From positions 2,418,001 to 2,482,000 of the forward strand of contig JAUFOQ010000003.1 in NCBI GenBank assembly GCA_040285855.1: a stretch of 64,000 nucleotides of DNA. Direction: 5' to 3'. The position numbers and the translations under genes are program-made. The DNA is from Eukaryota sp. GEM-RC1. Lineage: Eukaryota. Positions 13,491 to 25,435 of the stretch are shown here, in pieces; the first letter of the stretch is position 1; each line of letters begins with the position of its first letter. The notes under the pieces were generated by a model. That model had not been told where the DNA came from. It was given only the letters and a program-made list of their open reading frames with translations, and searched no databases.

Positions 13491-13682
13491 AACTTCTACA
13501 AATGCATTTGTTTCACTGACTGATCATAAACCCCGTTTTTTTATTTAGCACAATATTTTTCCATTATATATTTTTCACCAATCAACAGGGGGTTTTTAGC
13601 ATTAGATTTAGCAAGTTTTGTTGGAATCATTACAGACAACAATAGACATAACACAGCCTAAAGAATCGTAAACAAAACTGTT

Positions 13683-16600
13683 TCTTAATAAAGTCAGAAT
13701 ACGCTTTAGTTTTGCGGATCTCTTCAAGAGGTTCCCAGGTGGGCTCGGAAGCACCGACCCACTGGACGAGTGCCCGTTGACGTTGGGTGTCAATCTGCTG
13801 GACCTCTTGGACGAGATGTTCGGCTCGATCTTGAGCAGCAATAGCAGAGAGATAATCAAAGTTAGTGGATTGGGGAGTGAAAGGTTTCAGGGACACTATA
13901 GAAGCGAGGGTCTCTGAACCGGTCAAAAGATTAAGGATCTTGACGTGATTCCGACTTGAATAAACCTTAGTGATAAGATAAGGTCCTTTCCAGGGACTAT
14001 GCAACTTGGCGGTTCGGTCAAAATACGGAGAACAAAGTTGCCTTCCTTGTACTGGTGTACAGCATCTTCACTCTGTGGTAAAATCGGTGGGTTGGAGCTT
14101 ATCTCTGCCTTCTCCCACTTTTCGATGAGAGAGGCGGATACACTTTCTACGGTTCTTAGCCAGGAACCTTCAGGAATTCGTGAGTTGGTAAGCTTGTCAA
14201 GGATTTTCGTGGGGGGACTTCGAGGATCGATAGTTGCTTCGGTCCCGAAGATCATCTCAAATGGCGTGAAACCAGTTCGGCGGCATTTCTGACAGTTAAT
14301 CAAGAGTTGTGTCATCGGCAGGTAGCCGGACCAGTTGTCGTAGTCGTTGAAGTCTGCAAGTAATTTTCGAAGGGTAAAGAGCACGTCACGATTTCTTCGT
14401 TCGGCGACTCCGTTTGATTGGTGGAAGTGAGGGATTGAAGTTGTTATGGATATGTTCAGGAAATCGCATAGTTCCTCAAAAATATGGTTTGCGTATTCCG
14501 GTCCATAAACGGAGTAGACGGCGGCAGGAACACCAAAGATGGCACAGACTTTTTCAAGCATGGCATATGCTACTTCAGTGGCGTTGAGCTTGTTCAGTGG
14601 GACTAATACAGTGAACCGAGAGAAAGAGTCGACAAAGACAACAACATATGCGTTGCCTTGTATGTCTTTTGGAAGACGGCCAATGGTGTCGACATGGAGG
14701 CTTTCAAAAGGGCGCTTGGCAATCAGGTTTCCGGTGGAAGGTATGTCGTTTCGGGACTTGGGAACAGGGGCATTCTTTTGGCAAGAGGGACAGCTGTTCA
14801 AATGTTCTATAAGGTCATCTTTGGCTTCGATCCACCAATAATCAGATGATTCGAGGGCTTTAGAGCTAAGGGAGAAATTAGGGTGTCCACAATGAGCGAG
14901 ACCGTGGATGTGCAGTAGTACTTCGCTTCGTAGGTTACGAGGGACAATGATCTTACCTCGGTAGAGGTACAGATCGAGTCCTTCTTTCAATGTGACATGA
15001 CCTTCTTCAGTAAGGTTGTCAATTAGCTTAACGAATTCTTCGTCTTCGTTGGATTTTTGGGCAGCTTGGATCTTGGACATCCAATCAGCTCTTGACTCTT
15101 TGAGGGTTTTCAGAGTTTGAGGAAATAGGGATGCACTGGGGGCATAAAAGAGAGGATCAGGGGATCTTCTAAGTACGCTGGAGGCGTCGGCTCTGGTCTT
15201 ACGAGGATCTAGAGTGGTCACAAAAGGGGGTGAGGCTTCTTCCTGGCACGCTGACATGGGAGTATGATAACTAAGGGGGGTCAGAAAGCTCATATGCGTT
15301 CGGTAAAGTTCGCCCTCACTGGCTTCAGAGTCGGTGGAGGCGGAGAGTAGATCTTCAGTACAACTGACCACGCGGGGCTTAAAGGTTTTAACGTGATGGA
15401 TTACGTCGCGTTCTTCGTCGGAAGAAATCTCGAAAGAGGAGTCATCTAAATTCAAGTCGGACTCTGGGGAGAATTTAGGAATCTTAGATTCTGGTGAATG
15501 AATCGAGTTCACTGATTTAAGATAATACCGAGGCTGACCAGTTTCGAGGAGGTCATCACGTTTACGACGACGTTCGTCGTCGCTAGAATCAGCTTGGACA
15601 ACGTGGCCTTCAATCAATTCCAAACCTTGTAGGTGCAAATGAGCTTCGGGATGAAGTTCAGTGTAGTATTCAGTGGAGGCTTAACGGATGAGAGCACGAG
15701 TGGCGGATACAGAAGTATGTTTAGCTCGTTCCAGGTGGATACAGAATTTGGTGAGAGGAGCCTTGACTAGTCAGTTGCCGCTGGGGCACTCCAGGAACAT
15801 GGTCTGACAGTGAATGGGTGTCAGGTGTTCCATACGGGCAACAGTATTAGGAGGGTGAGCCAAGAAATTAGGGCACTTTGGTGCTAAGGGACCATGAAGA
15901 GTCACAGGTTCCATTTTGAACCCGAAAGTATAGATTAGGTTCTTGGTTTCGGATTCCTTCCATCTTCTATCGAGTCTTTGAGCAGGTGATTCATCATCAG
16001 TTTTCAATAATAGGGCGGCATCGTTGTAAACCATAGGGGACATACATGCGGAGAATTGCTCGCAGCATAGCAGATAGAGATCAGAGGAGAGCCAATGGTC
16101 AATGACTACTCCACTGCAGCCTTTGATTAGACAAGGCAATAATTTATCTTCTTCGAGGATGGCTGGGGTTAACTTTGTGGTACGGACCGAGTCTTTTCAC
16201 CTTCAGAATCAGCCCTAGGCTGACAAGACTTAATTACCAACTCAGCAGCGCGAAGCTTGACTCGCTTGGTAGGGGAGATCGCGAGGCAAGGAACCTTGGG
16301 CCGGCCCTAACACCAAGTCACTCATGGATCCTACCTTCGGCCATGACTGAGATGCATTTATAGCGCTCGTCGTCAGGTCAACTTCGGGCTTCTCCTTGGG
16401 GGTTAGTCTAGACAACATATCCGCGAACAAATTAGACTCTCCGTCTACGTGAAAGACTTCGAAGTCTAGGGCACAAAGTGTGGGAAGCCAGCGCTTCACA
16501 ATTCTGGACTTCTCGGGAGAGGTAAGGAGGTAGGCCAAATTCTTGTGGTCACAGTAAAGTTTTAAGCGGCGGTTGAGAAGGAGATAACTAAGATTGGGTT

Positions 16601-19600
16601 GAGTAAGTGTAGCCACAATTGCGTATAATTCTTTTGAATTATAGGCCAGTTCTTTGGCTGTCAGTGAGCGTTTTTGAGTAGAAAGATACAGGGGCGAGCT
16701 TGAGATCTTGGAAGTTGGGGGCAGACTGTAAGTCAGATGGAGTGAGTTGTCTCCAGATAATTCCAGATACGGCGTATTCACTGGCATCAGTAGAAATGAT
16801 AAGAGATTCGTTGGGTTGAGGGAGGTCAAGTGAAATTGAGTTAGCTATCAGTTCTTTGATGTCTTTGGAAACAGTTGGTGTGTTTCGGGGTCCAGCGTTT
16901 TCTTATCAGCGATTTCATAATTTTTGTTGGTGATTGGGATTTTGGCTTTCCCTCATCTTGCTTTAGCAATTCTGTTAGAGGTTTGAGGAGACACGAAATG
17001 TTTGTGAGCCAGTCTCTGATGTAGTTGATGGATCCTATGAAGCTTCGCAGCTCATGGATATTCTCAGGAATAGGGATTGAGAGAATGGCATCGATCCTAT
17101 CTTGATCGATTCTTCTCGTTCCATTCTGGAAAATGCTTCCCAGAATTTTGATTTCGGAATCTTTGGTGAGGAACGTACATTTCTTCTTTCCTAGCTTAAC
17201 TCGGCTTTGGACACAGCGGTCTAAAATTAATGAAAGGAAATTTAGAAAGTCTTTTCGTCTTTGGCAGCGACATCAAAATCGTCAAGGTAAATAAATACAT
17301 TAGGGATATCTTTGAAGATATCGCACATCGTGTTTTGGAAGAGGGCAGGCACGTTCTTTAGGCCAAAGGCGGCGCGAGTGAAACGTACAGCGCGGCCGGG
17401 AATCTTGAGGGTTGTTTTGTCAAAATCTTCTTCACAGATTTTGAGCTGTCAAAACGCTCTTGGTAGGTCAAGGGTAGCGATAAAGTTGCCGTTAATGAGA
17501 AATTCAATAATGTCTGAAATGCGAGGGAGATTGGCTTCGACATTGATGGTTTTAGCATCGACTCCATCAGAGCCAGAATAATCGCCGGTCAGTCGGGGTT
17601 TGCCGTGAGGGCAATCAGCAGGGACTTCTTCAGCGAACCCAGCAGAGGTTAGTTCATCGAGGATTTCGTTAGCGATTTCAAGTCTAGCGGGATTAATCTT
17701 CCTGGGCGGCTTGTTCACGATGGAGGACTCATCGTGATATTTGAGGGACATAGGAGGAGCGTCGATTCCGTCGGGATGAGGGGGACCAAAAGCGTCTTCT
17801 TTCGATTTCAATAATTCTAAAAGTTTCTTTTCCGTTGAGGAAGGGAGTTCAATTCTACATTCATCAAAGGATGAATCAGAGGTCTTGGCGACAGCAGCTT
17901 TTGGAGGCGACTGAATTAGATGATCGAAGTCGTCTTCTGCGGTTAATAAAGTGTTCCGTTGTTCATTGATTCTAATACTTAGGCCTTCGGGAGTGAGCAG
18001 ACCTAGACATCTTAAAATGTCGCAACCAATTAATGGTTGGTTCGAGCCTTCTAAGAGGGGAAGCTTAACTTCGAGGTGGATTCTTTTGGGGGATTCGTTT
18101 CCCATGAGAAGTGAAAGTTCGGTATGAAATCGTCCAAGGCTTCTAACGATTCGACCGTCGGCTACTTCGAATTCACTAACTTTGGATTTGTCAATAGTCC
18201 CGTGAGTGGGATCTACAAGATCGGAGGTGATGCAGGATTTAATGCATTCTGTGTCAATTAGGCCACGGATTTCCTCTGGCCTACTAGCACATCTAGTTCG
18301 AGGAGAGGAGACTTTTGGGAGACCTGGAAGACCTGGAAGAGGCCTTTAGCGGAGGTGCGAGAGTATTTCGGGCTGTCAGAATCAGAGTCAGATAATAGAG
18401 AGCTAATATGAGCCTTAGGGGCGTTGATAGGTTGGGAAACCTTGGCGGTGTTTCTATTACGGAATTTATGGTTCTTTGGCATCGTCGGATTTCTTGGGTT
18501 GTAGGGTCGTCTGGCAGGAGAGGAGCGGCATTCGTTAGCGTAATGTCCAAGCTTATTGCAGTTGAAGCAAGTGATAGAACATTTGTCGGGAGTGCTGGGG
18601 CTAGATCGTGGAGTGGAAAACTTGGGAGTAGTTGGTGTAGAAAGGTTAGAACGATGAGTGGAAGGATAAGGAGAAGGGTTGGATCTAGGAGATCTGATTG
18701 GAGTTCAATAGAAGTTGCGGTTTCTGGAGAAGTTATTTCTTGAGGATTGGGGACGCTCTTGGCGTTGAAGATGTTCGACAGATTTGAGTCGAGAAGAATG
18801 TTCCAAGTGAGTAGTGAGAAGAGAGTAGGACTCTTGAATGAGTTCAGAAAGAGAAGTAATCTGTTTGAAGTCTACAAATTTCTTGAGAGCAGCGGAGATA
18901 GACTCAGGCTTGAGCTTTTAAGGAATTCGAGCATAAATTGCTTTTCGGGTATGGCAAGTTTGTGTAAGCGTCTTCGGAGTTTAGTAAAGACAGCGACATA
19001 GTCAAAGAGACGAGCAAAAGGGTCACGGATTTTGTGATCCATAGCGACGGTAGAGAGTAAGCGGATAGCTTGGTCAAGTGACTTGACTCGAGTGAGATCA
19101 AGGAAGAACTCCCACAGTTGAGGTTGAGAGTTCAAAGAAGAAGGAGAAATAAGTCGAATAGAATTCATCACGTCTCTGGATATGTGAAGTTGGAAGTCAT
19201 TCGGAGGAGAGGGATCGTCATCTGGGTGATGAGGCGAGGTAGCGGCAGTTTCTTCCGCTACATCAGTAGCCTCAGCGGGTACAGCAGTGAGGTCTTCATG
19301 AGCGGCTTCTAATTGTTCCCGTAGTTTAGGGGACAAATGGAGAGAGAGTAGGGCTTCGAGGGAAGATACCGGAGGTTCTTCAGCAGGACGGGGTTCTTCG
19401 GCTGGGATATCAAACAGATAAGTGTTCAATATCTCGTTGTCTAAGTCTTCCTTGGCCACGGCGTAGGCAGCAAGGTCATCAATCCAAGAGAGGATTTTGT
19501 TCGACTCCAGGTTTCTTAGGATTGGTATCTGAGTTCGGATTCCACGCCTTCCGAGGGCGGAATCCATGATGGTTCTGCGACGGTCTGAGTAGTCGTCTTC

Positions 19601-19718
19601 ATCAAAATCTTCATCGGCGAAGAGGTCTCTGGTAGGGCGGAGAGACATGGCAGCGGCGGCATTCACTAGGCGGCGGCTGGATACGGATTGAGAGGATGGA
19701 TGGCTTCCATCTTCAACA
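13683..19718 (-). mobile_element. Ty3/Gypsy chromovirus-like LTR retrotransposon family 2, degenerate, no intact LTR pair
   Basis: gag (18872-19666), CCHC knuckle, protease, RT (LDLPRAF, FGLKNVP, YLDD), RNase H (KELYA, CDHKNL, ADMLSR), integrase (HCGHP..CPSCQ, NGVAER, GPY), chromodomain (LVQWVGASEPTWEP). Confidence 0.92.
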
Positions 19719-19777
19719 CATAGCGACTAAAGAGTTCGTTGTTCCAAGATCGATTCCGATCATGAAGAGAAGATTTT
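19713..19777 (-). pseudogene. 5' fragment of a second Hsp70 paralog (MIGIDLGTTNSLVAMC*)
   Basis: Matches the start and the immediate upstream bases (AAAATCTTCTCTTC-ATG) of the gene at 9804. Homology ends at the Gypsy-2 boundary. Confidence 0.8.
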
Positions 19778-19804
19778 GGAAGCACAATCATGCAGTGCCA
19801 TGAC

Positions 19805-21447
19805 CATAGATGGGAAATACATCTTCATGCCTCTGTATTAATACAAATACAGATACAAATACAACGAATACAAATACACTATTTCTATCACGTGAGTGTA
19901 TTTCGATTGTATTTCATGTGGAAACATATGTGTAACTTTGATAAGACCATTGAAAATAATCAAGTATACTATGAAGTGGTAGTGCGAAAAACTTTATACG
20001 TTTCATCGTTTTGACGCTGAAAGTAGTTGAACTTTGGGTTTATACTATAGAAACTCAACAAAATCAAGTCTTAAATGATAAGTCTTTGATGAGATTACAG
20101 TCGGTGCTTGTAAACAAGTGCATTTAAAGAAGCCACTAAGTGAAGTTTCTCCCCATATTTCTCAGAAAAATTGACGAGAAATAAATACCATGCCCCTTGA
20201 CTCTCCATTTCAACGAGCACCTGTTCTATAGGAGGTTGTCGGAGATTAAGTTGTTGCGCTGATATCAGCGCAGTTGAGATGTAAACAACATAGTGGGAGA
20301 GGAGGCAAGTGTTCTTGAATCGGTAGAAGTCACAACAGAATCAGCAATGTAAAAAAAGTCTTATTGTTATCTTATTGTTTTTCTGACATTCAACAGTAAA
20401 TGTATTGTCTGGAATGATATCTTATCTTATTTATTGGTTATCTTGGGTCAAAGCAATAAATATATCTTCAATAACGACAGTAACAAATCACTAACAAGAA
20501 TTTGGTCATATTCATCAACTTTAGCCTGATTGAGGTGTGAGGATACTTTATTAAATTTTTCCAATAGAAGGTTGATCCCACAGATCAACATTGTACAACA
20601 AGAACAGTTGCTTTCCTAACGCTTTTGAGTTCAGATTTGGTTTAGTGTTTCCTGAAGTCCTTCTTAGCTCTACTGAAAAGCATCCCAGATGTCAAAGCTT
20701 TATTCGGTACCCAATAAGGTAACCTTCCTACAAAACTATGAGCATCCCATATTCATTTCTAGTTACAAATATACAATATAAATCTATTATCCTATTACAT
20801 TTATAATAATAAATTCATATATTTAAAAAAAAATAAATCTAGATATAATAAATCTTGATTAGTTCGTTGCTGTTTACGTTTGTTCAATCTTTTATTTCAG
20901 CCACCGTGACTGCATGCTCTCTGTTACTTTGGAGTTCAAATGCTTCAACACAATTCTACTTTATTTTAAATTGGCATCAAGATAAAATCAGGTTACAGAA
21001 AGAAAATGAATGTTCTTGAATTATCTTATCTTATTGAAATATATCGTATATTGTTGAGTTTTCTAGATAAATATATTGTGGGGAGAGAGTGTCACAATAA
21101 GATAACAATAAATATATATATTGTTATTGAACAATATATGAATTTGTTTTACATTCTTGAACATAATTGGATGAATTGGAATTTCCTGGACACACACACA
21201 ACTTCATCCTATCATTGTACGTACTTTTGCAGGAGAAACATTGTATTTGGTACTCAAACAGTATTTTTATCACGTGAATCTACATTGAATATGCAAATAG
21301 ATAGAATGAATAAGACTAAATAGTAATAACTAAATGCTGATATTAAAAATTCCAAAAAAAATACAAATAAGGGCTTTGTATTAATACAAATACAAATACA
21401 AAATACAAAATACACAGAATACATGTATTCTGTATTTCCCATCTATG
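19805..21447. mobile_element. Non-autonomous hAT-type DNA transposon with nested insertions
   Basis: TIR CATAGATGGGAAATACA / TGTATTTCCCATCTATG, degenerate 8-bp TSD GCCATGAC/GTCATAAC, AATACA subterminal repeats. Confidence 0.75.
20688..20740 (-). mobile_element. 53-bp extremely 5'-truncated CRE-A insertion
   Basis: Matches the 3' terminus of 39979-43659. 9-bp TSD AGCATCCCA (20679-20687, 20741-20749). Confidence 0.75.
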
Positions 21448-21577
21448 GTCATAACTGTATATTCTTTCTTTGCTCTATAATCTGTTTGTATACAATGACG
21501 GTTGTTTTGATACGAAATGAACAGACAGATCAGCTTCAGATTGTCCTCTAATCATTCTTGATAAGTGTTACTAGTAG

Positions 21578-22698
21578 ATGTCCGAAGTAGTTCATCCCTC
21601 TACAGTCTCAATGGTTCCCATCTCAAGCAAGATCCTCTTTGCTGCAATAACAGGGCTCAATGAACTGGTATTTCGACATGTCATTGTCCACATTGGTGTC
21701 CCCGTTTTCTTGTTTCTCTTGACAATCTTTTCGCTGTATTCTGACTCAATAGCGTTGAGACGTATAAATTCTTTGTGCCATGCTGTGCTACATCTCTCTG
21801 GTGCTGCTATGTACTACACCGTTCCTCATTTCTCCGTATGTCATCATTGTCATTTGATCATAGTCAAGTCATCCGGTGTGGTTAACTATTCTTTCAGGAC
21901 CTGTTATTGTTGGTATTTTGTTTATTCTGGAATCCATCAGATTTTCTCCAACACTTTGCTATAGAGTTCATCGATCTTTAAGACGTAGAACTCTTGGTCT
22001 AATTATTACTATCTGGGCACTTGTCTTCTTCAGTGTTACTGGTCCTTTCCTGTCTCGATCTTTGAACAAGCTAACACCCTTTGGATGGCCATCATGTGCG
22101 TCATTGTTTTCCATTGGTGTTATTTTAACTGCTAATCATAAAGGAACAAATGGCTCATCTATTTTGATGGTTCTGTGTGTTTTGGCATGATCATGGGAAT
22201 ATATTCAACCTTGTTTTTACACCATTTTGTTGATTTTGTTTTGATTTTGGCTTCTTTGAGTGGATTTATCGTGATGTTTTATGATTCTACTTTTAATAAG
22301 AATAAATCAGATACTTTTTAAGTTGTCGTTCATCTTGACTGGCTGTTCTTGTGAGTCAAAAGGAGCCACGTTGCAGGAAAATGGTTGAAACTGAGGACTG
22401 AATAATGTTTTTATTTTAGACAATCATAATCACTCTTATGGATATTTTAACTTCAATTACATATTAAGTCTGATGATATTACTTTTTCTGTTTCCTATCT
22501 CCTAGACTTATGGTCTATTCTCTTGTCTCTTCATAGTCATTCGTTGCAGCAATTGGTTTCGTTTAAGCACACATCGCTCGACCTCAGGATCCTGCTGTTA
22601 CTACATCCGACGAAGATAATTGGAATTCTGACGGTATTTCGGACAGTAAAAACTCTGGTCAGACGTGGGCTCTCTTTGGACTTTTGATGAATACTTAA
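21578..22698 (+). pseudogene. Multi-pass membrane protein, fragmented (function unknown)
   Basis: Overlapping hydrophobic ORFs 21578-21964 and 21876-22190, plus downstream hydrophobic and acidic segments. No TE motifs seen. Confidence 0.4.
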
Positions 22699-22972
22699 TC
22701 AAGAATCAATTGTACATTGCTTTTGAAGAATTTTTCTGGACAACACACAGAATTTTGTGGTGGGACTAAGAATCCCAATGATCAGTAGTTATTCACAACG
22801 AATAATAATGAACAATTAGTCTCCGTGAGACGAATTAGACAAACCAGTGTAGTGGAAGAATAAATTGAATTATTTCTCTTGCACAGTCCTTCATGATTTT
22901 GTACAAAACTGTTATAGATTAGAAACATTAAAACAAGAACAAAATCTAGTACTTTACATCTGAAGTGTGTAT

Positions 22973-24023
22973 TAGGAAACTCCACTCGAGTTCTACTCCA
23001 AGACTCCAAACTCCACTTCATTTCACTCCAAATTTTTACGAGTGAGTCGAGTTGGAGTGAAACTTGCTATTTCATTAGCTTTGCTACGTAAGTATTGTAC
23101 ACAATTTAAACAACAAAAGAATCTACACCAATCGGTTTAATTAGTCTGGACTAGAAGTAGTCTGGTCCAGACTAATTCTAATTTTGGAACATTTTAGAAT
23201 CTCACTTTTATAGAAATTAGTCTGCAGTTGACTGTTTTTGTCATATTTCTGTAAAAACCATCGATTTGACTTGTTTATGTGCCACTTTGTATGAAGAGAT
23301 TGGTTTGAATTGAATATACAAGAAATGTTGCGTTATAGGAAAAGAACCAAAGTAATTAACAATTCGTTCCATTGAAGTCCCTTTCATCAGTTATTCTGCT
23401 TCAAGTTTCAGATTTCTTGGTTCTTTTTTGGGTAAAAGGAAGATATTGTCAAAAACCTTGATGATTATTTGAATTTGATTCAACAAGAGTTGGATAAGAT
23501 TAAAGTTCTTGAAATTGAAAAACATTTAAAATTCGTCATGCTCAAAATTTGTTATTCTGGTAAAATTACTCATCGGTTTTAATGATATCAAATTTTAGTT
23601 GTTTGATCTATTACATTTATGATAAACACCATTAAAGCTTTCGCTTAAAAGGCCAAAAGTTAAAACTATCGTCCATCAAGACCTGTTTAGACTTCTTACC
23701 AAATTCCGGACACAGTTTTTGAAATATATTTTGAAGCTCTTCTTCAATAACCGCTGAAATTGTCCAAAATAAAAGATAACACCATCACGGTGGATATCAA
23801 ACTAACAGTATTTGTTTTAGTGTGAATGGAAACAAATTGAGTCATCGTTGTATATCCTGATAGAAGTGACAAAAGCGTCAAATGAGAGGAATTTAATAAA
23901 GTCAAAATTCAATAATTTTAGTGCGAAGTGAAGTCTACAAGTGACTTGAGTTGGAGTGAAGTGAAGTTGATGTGAATTTCACTTGTACAATTTATTGTTT
24001 GGAGTGAAGTAGCCCCATCCCTA
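22973..24023. mobile_element. Non-autonomous hAT (Ac-like end) carrying a nested CRE fragment
   Basis: 8-bp TSD GTGTGTAT on both sides. Right end CATCCCTA (Ac-type TAGGGATG), left end degenerate. GGAGTGAAGT subterminal repeats. Confidence 0.75.
23250..23630 (+). mobile_element. Internally deleted CRE-B fragment
   Basis: FRFLGSFLG..EIEKHLKF..CYSGKITH joined to the 3' end AATGATATCAAATTTTAGTTGTTTGATC shared with 46630-46680. Confidence 0.65.
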
Positions 24024-24142
24024 GTGTGTATCAATGTAAGTTTATTGTTCGATAACGCAAAATTTATTTATCGATCTCTTATCGACCCGACAACTCTGAA
24101 AGAGATATTTATCGACTGTTTCCAACAATATTGCGATATTCT

Positions 24143-24301
24143 TAGACTTGTCAACGGCTTGAGCCATATGGTTTGGCTTGTAAAATTCCAAACTGGCTTC
24201 GCTTTGGCTTGAGCCGTTTGAGTATGCCAATCCAAATTTGGATAAGACTTTGGTTCAAGTCGGTCGGCTTACGGCTTGAACCGAGTCGTTTGACAGCTCT
24301 A
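24143..24301. mobile_element. 159-bp hAT-type MITE
   Basis: TIR TAGACTTGTCAA / TTGACAGCTCTA, 8-bp TSD GATATTCT, internal GGCTTGA repeats. Confidence 0.8.
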
Positions 24302-24940
24302 GATATTCTGCGATGTATTGCGATAAATTTTTTTTAGACTAAGGGAAAATGCACCACATATTCTATTTATTTTGTAAAATGCACAACAGTCAAAATGCTC
24401 CACATAAGTAAAACCACACCACACTTCACCTCACCAGTCAACAATAGGCACCCTGATCAACGCTAGTGTTGAACATTACACAATTGTGGATTACTAAAGG
24501 TCCTTGGATGTCGGATGTTCTTTAAGCAAACAGAATGTATCTAACACCAAGAAGAAAAGATTATGCTTCCATCGTTCCAAAGTATGGTTGAGCAAGTAGA
24601 TGACCAAAATGACCTCATTTGTTTCCAAAGCACTCAAGGGATTTGTCACCTCTTACAAGCTGGTTAAAGATTGAGATCAACTGTACAATAAGACATGACA
24701 ATCTCTGGTAATTAACCTAGACGAAGATCACTTAAGGCAATTATGTTCTCTCCTTAGCGAGCTTTCTATTATCTGCCCCCTGTTGTACGTAGACCTCGGG
24801 GAGGATCCCTGGATTTCCCAATAAGAATCCATTTAAGTCCACTCTTAGATATCTGTCCCCTTTTGAACTACCTGTTAGACGTAAAAGAATTCAATGCAAC
24901 AAGGCCAAAGATAATGTTTTGTCCTTTTGATCTATAAAAG

Positions 24941-25019
24941 TGTTAGTGTAATGACTCATCAGGACTCAATTGTATAATAAATTCACTTTTACTCTCTAAC
25001 ATGGTACCTAAGACCAACA
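24941..25019 (+). repeat. 5' LTR (79 bp) of Gypsy-1 copy B
   Basis: Direct repeat of 31128-31206. Contains TGACTCA, TATAAT and the gag ATG at 25001. Confidence 0.9.
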
Positions 25020-25225
25020 ATAATTATAGTGGCCTCTGCAAAGAGTTACAATGTATGTGTACTCCGGAGAACTTCACTCCTGGAAACCAAACTAACCCAA
25101 ATCCTAGTTCCGTTCTAGGTGAAGATTCCAGTTCCGCCCTGGCTTCTTCCAAGTCTTCCACCGTGAAGGAACTTGGTCCAGATGGACTCCCCTGGGATGA
25201 CACTGTTGACTATGACATTGTTTCG

Positions 25226-25435
25226 GACGAAGAACCTTCTTCTAATGGAACTTCGAATGAGAAACCATTCTCTATCGAAAACCCAAATGAGGATCCATCC
25301 CCAAATACTACTATAAACGAGGAACCATCCTCCAAGGTTGATGACAATGAGGAACCTTCCTCCAATGTTAATGAAAACGAGGAATTATCCTCCAATGTTA
25401 ATGAAGACGAGGAACCATCCTCTAACAGAACACCC
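25226..25435 (+). repeat. Seven 30-bp coding repeats in the gag N-terminus (consensus NEEPSSNxNE)
   Basis: DEEPSSNGTS NEKPFSIENP NEDPSPNTTI NEEPSSKVDD NEEPSSNVNE NEELSSNVNE DEEPSSNRTP. Confidence 0.85.

Noticed and set aside
24941..25019. 61-bp LTR (TGTTAG..CTAACA) followed by an 18-nt tRNA PBS TGGTACCTAAGACCAACA
   Set aside because: The 18 nt are also present at the 3' end of the element, the TRIM LTR ends in the same GACCAACA, and the complement does not fit a tRNA T-arm. Treated as part of a 79-bp LTR.
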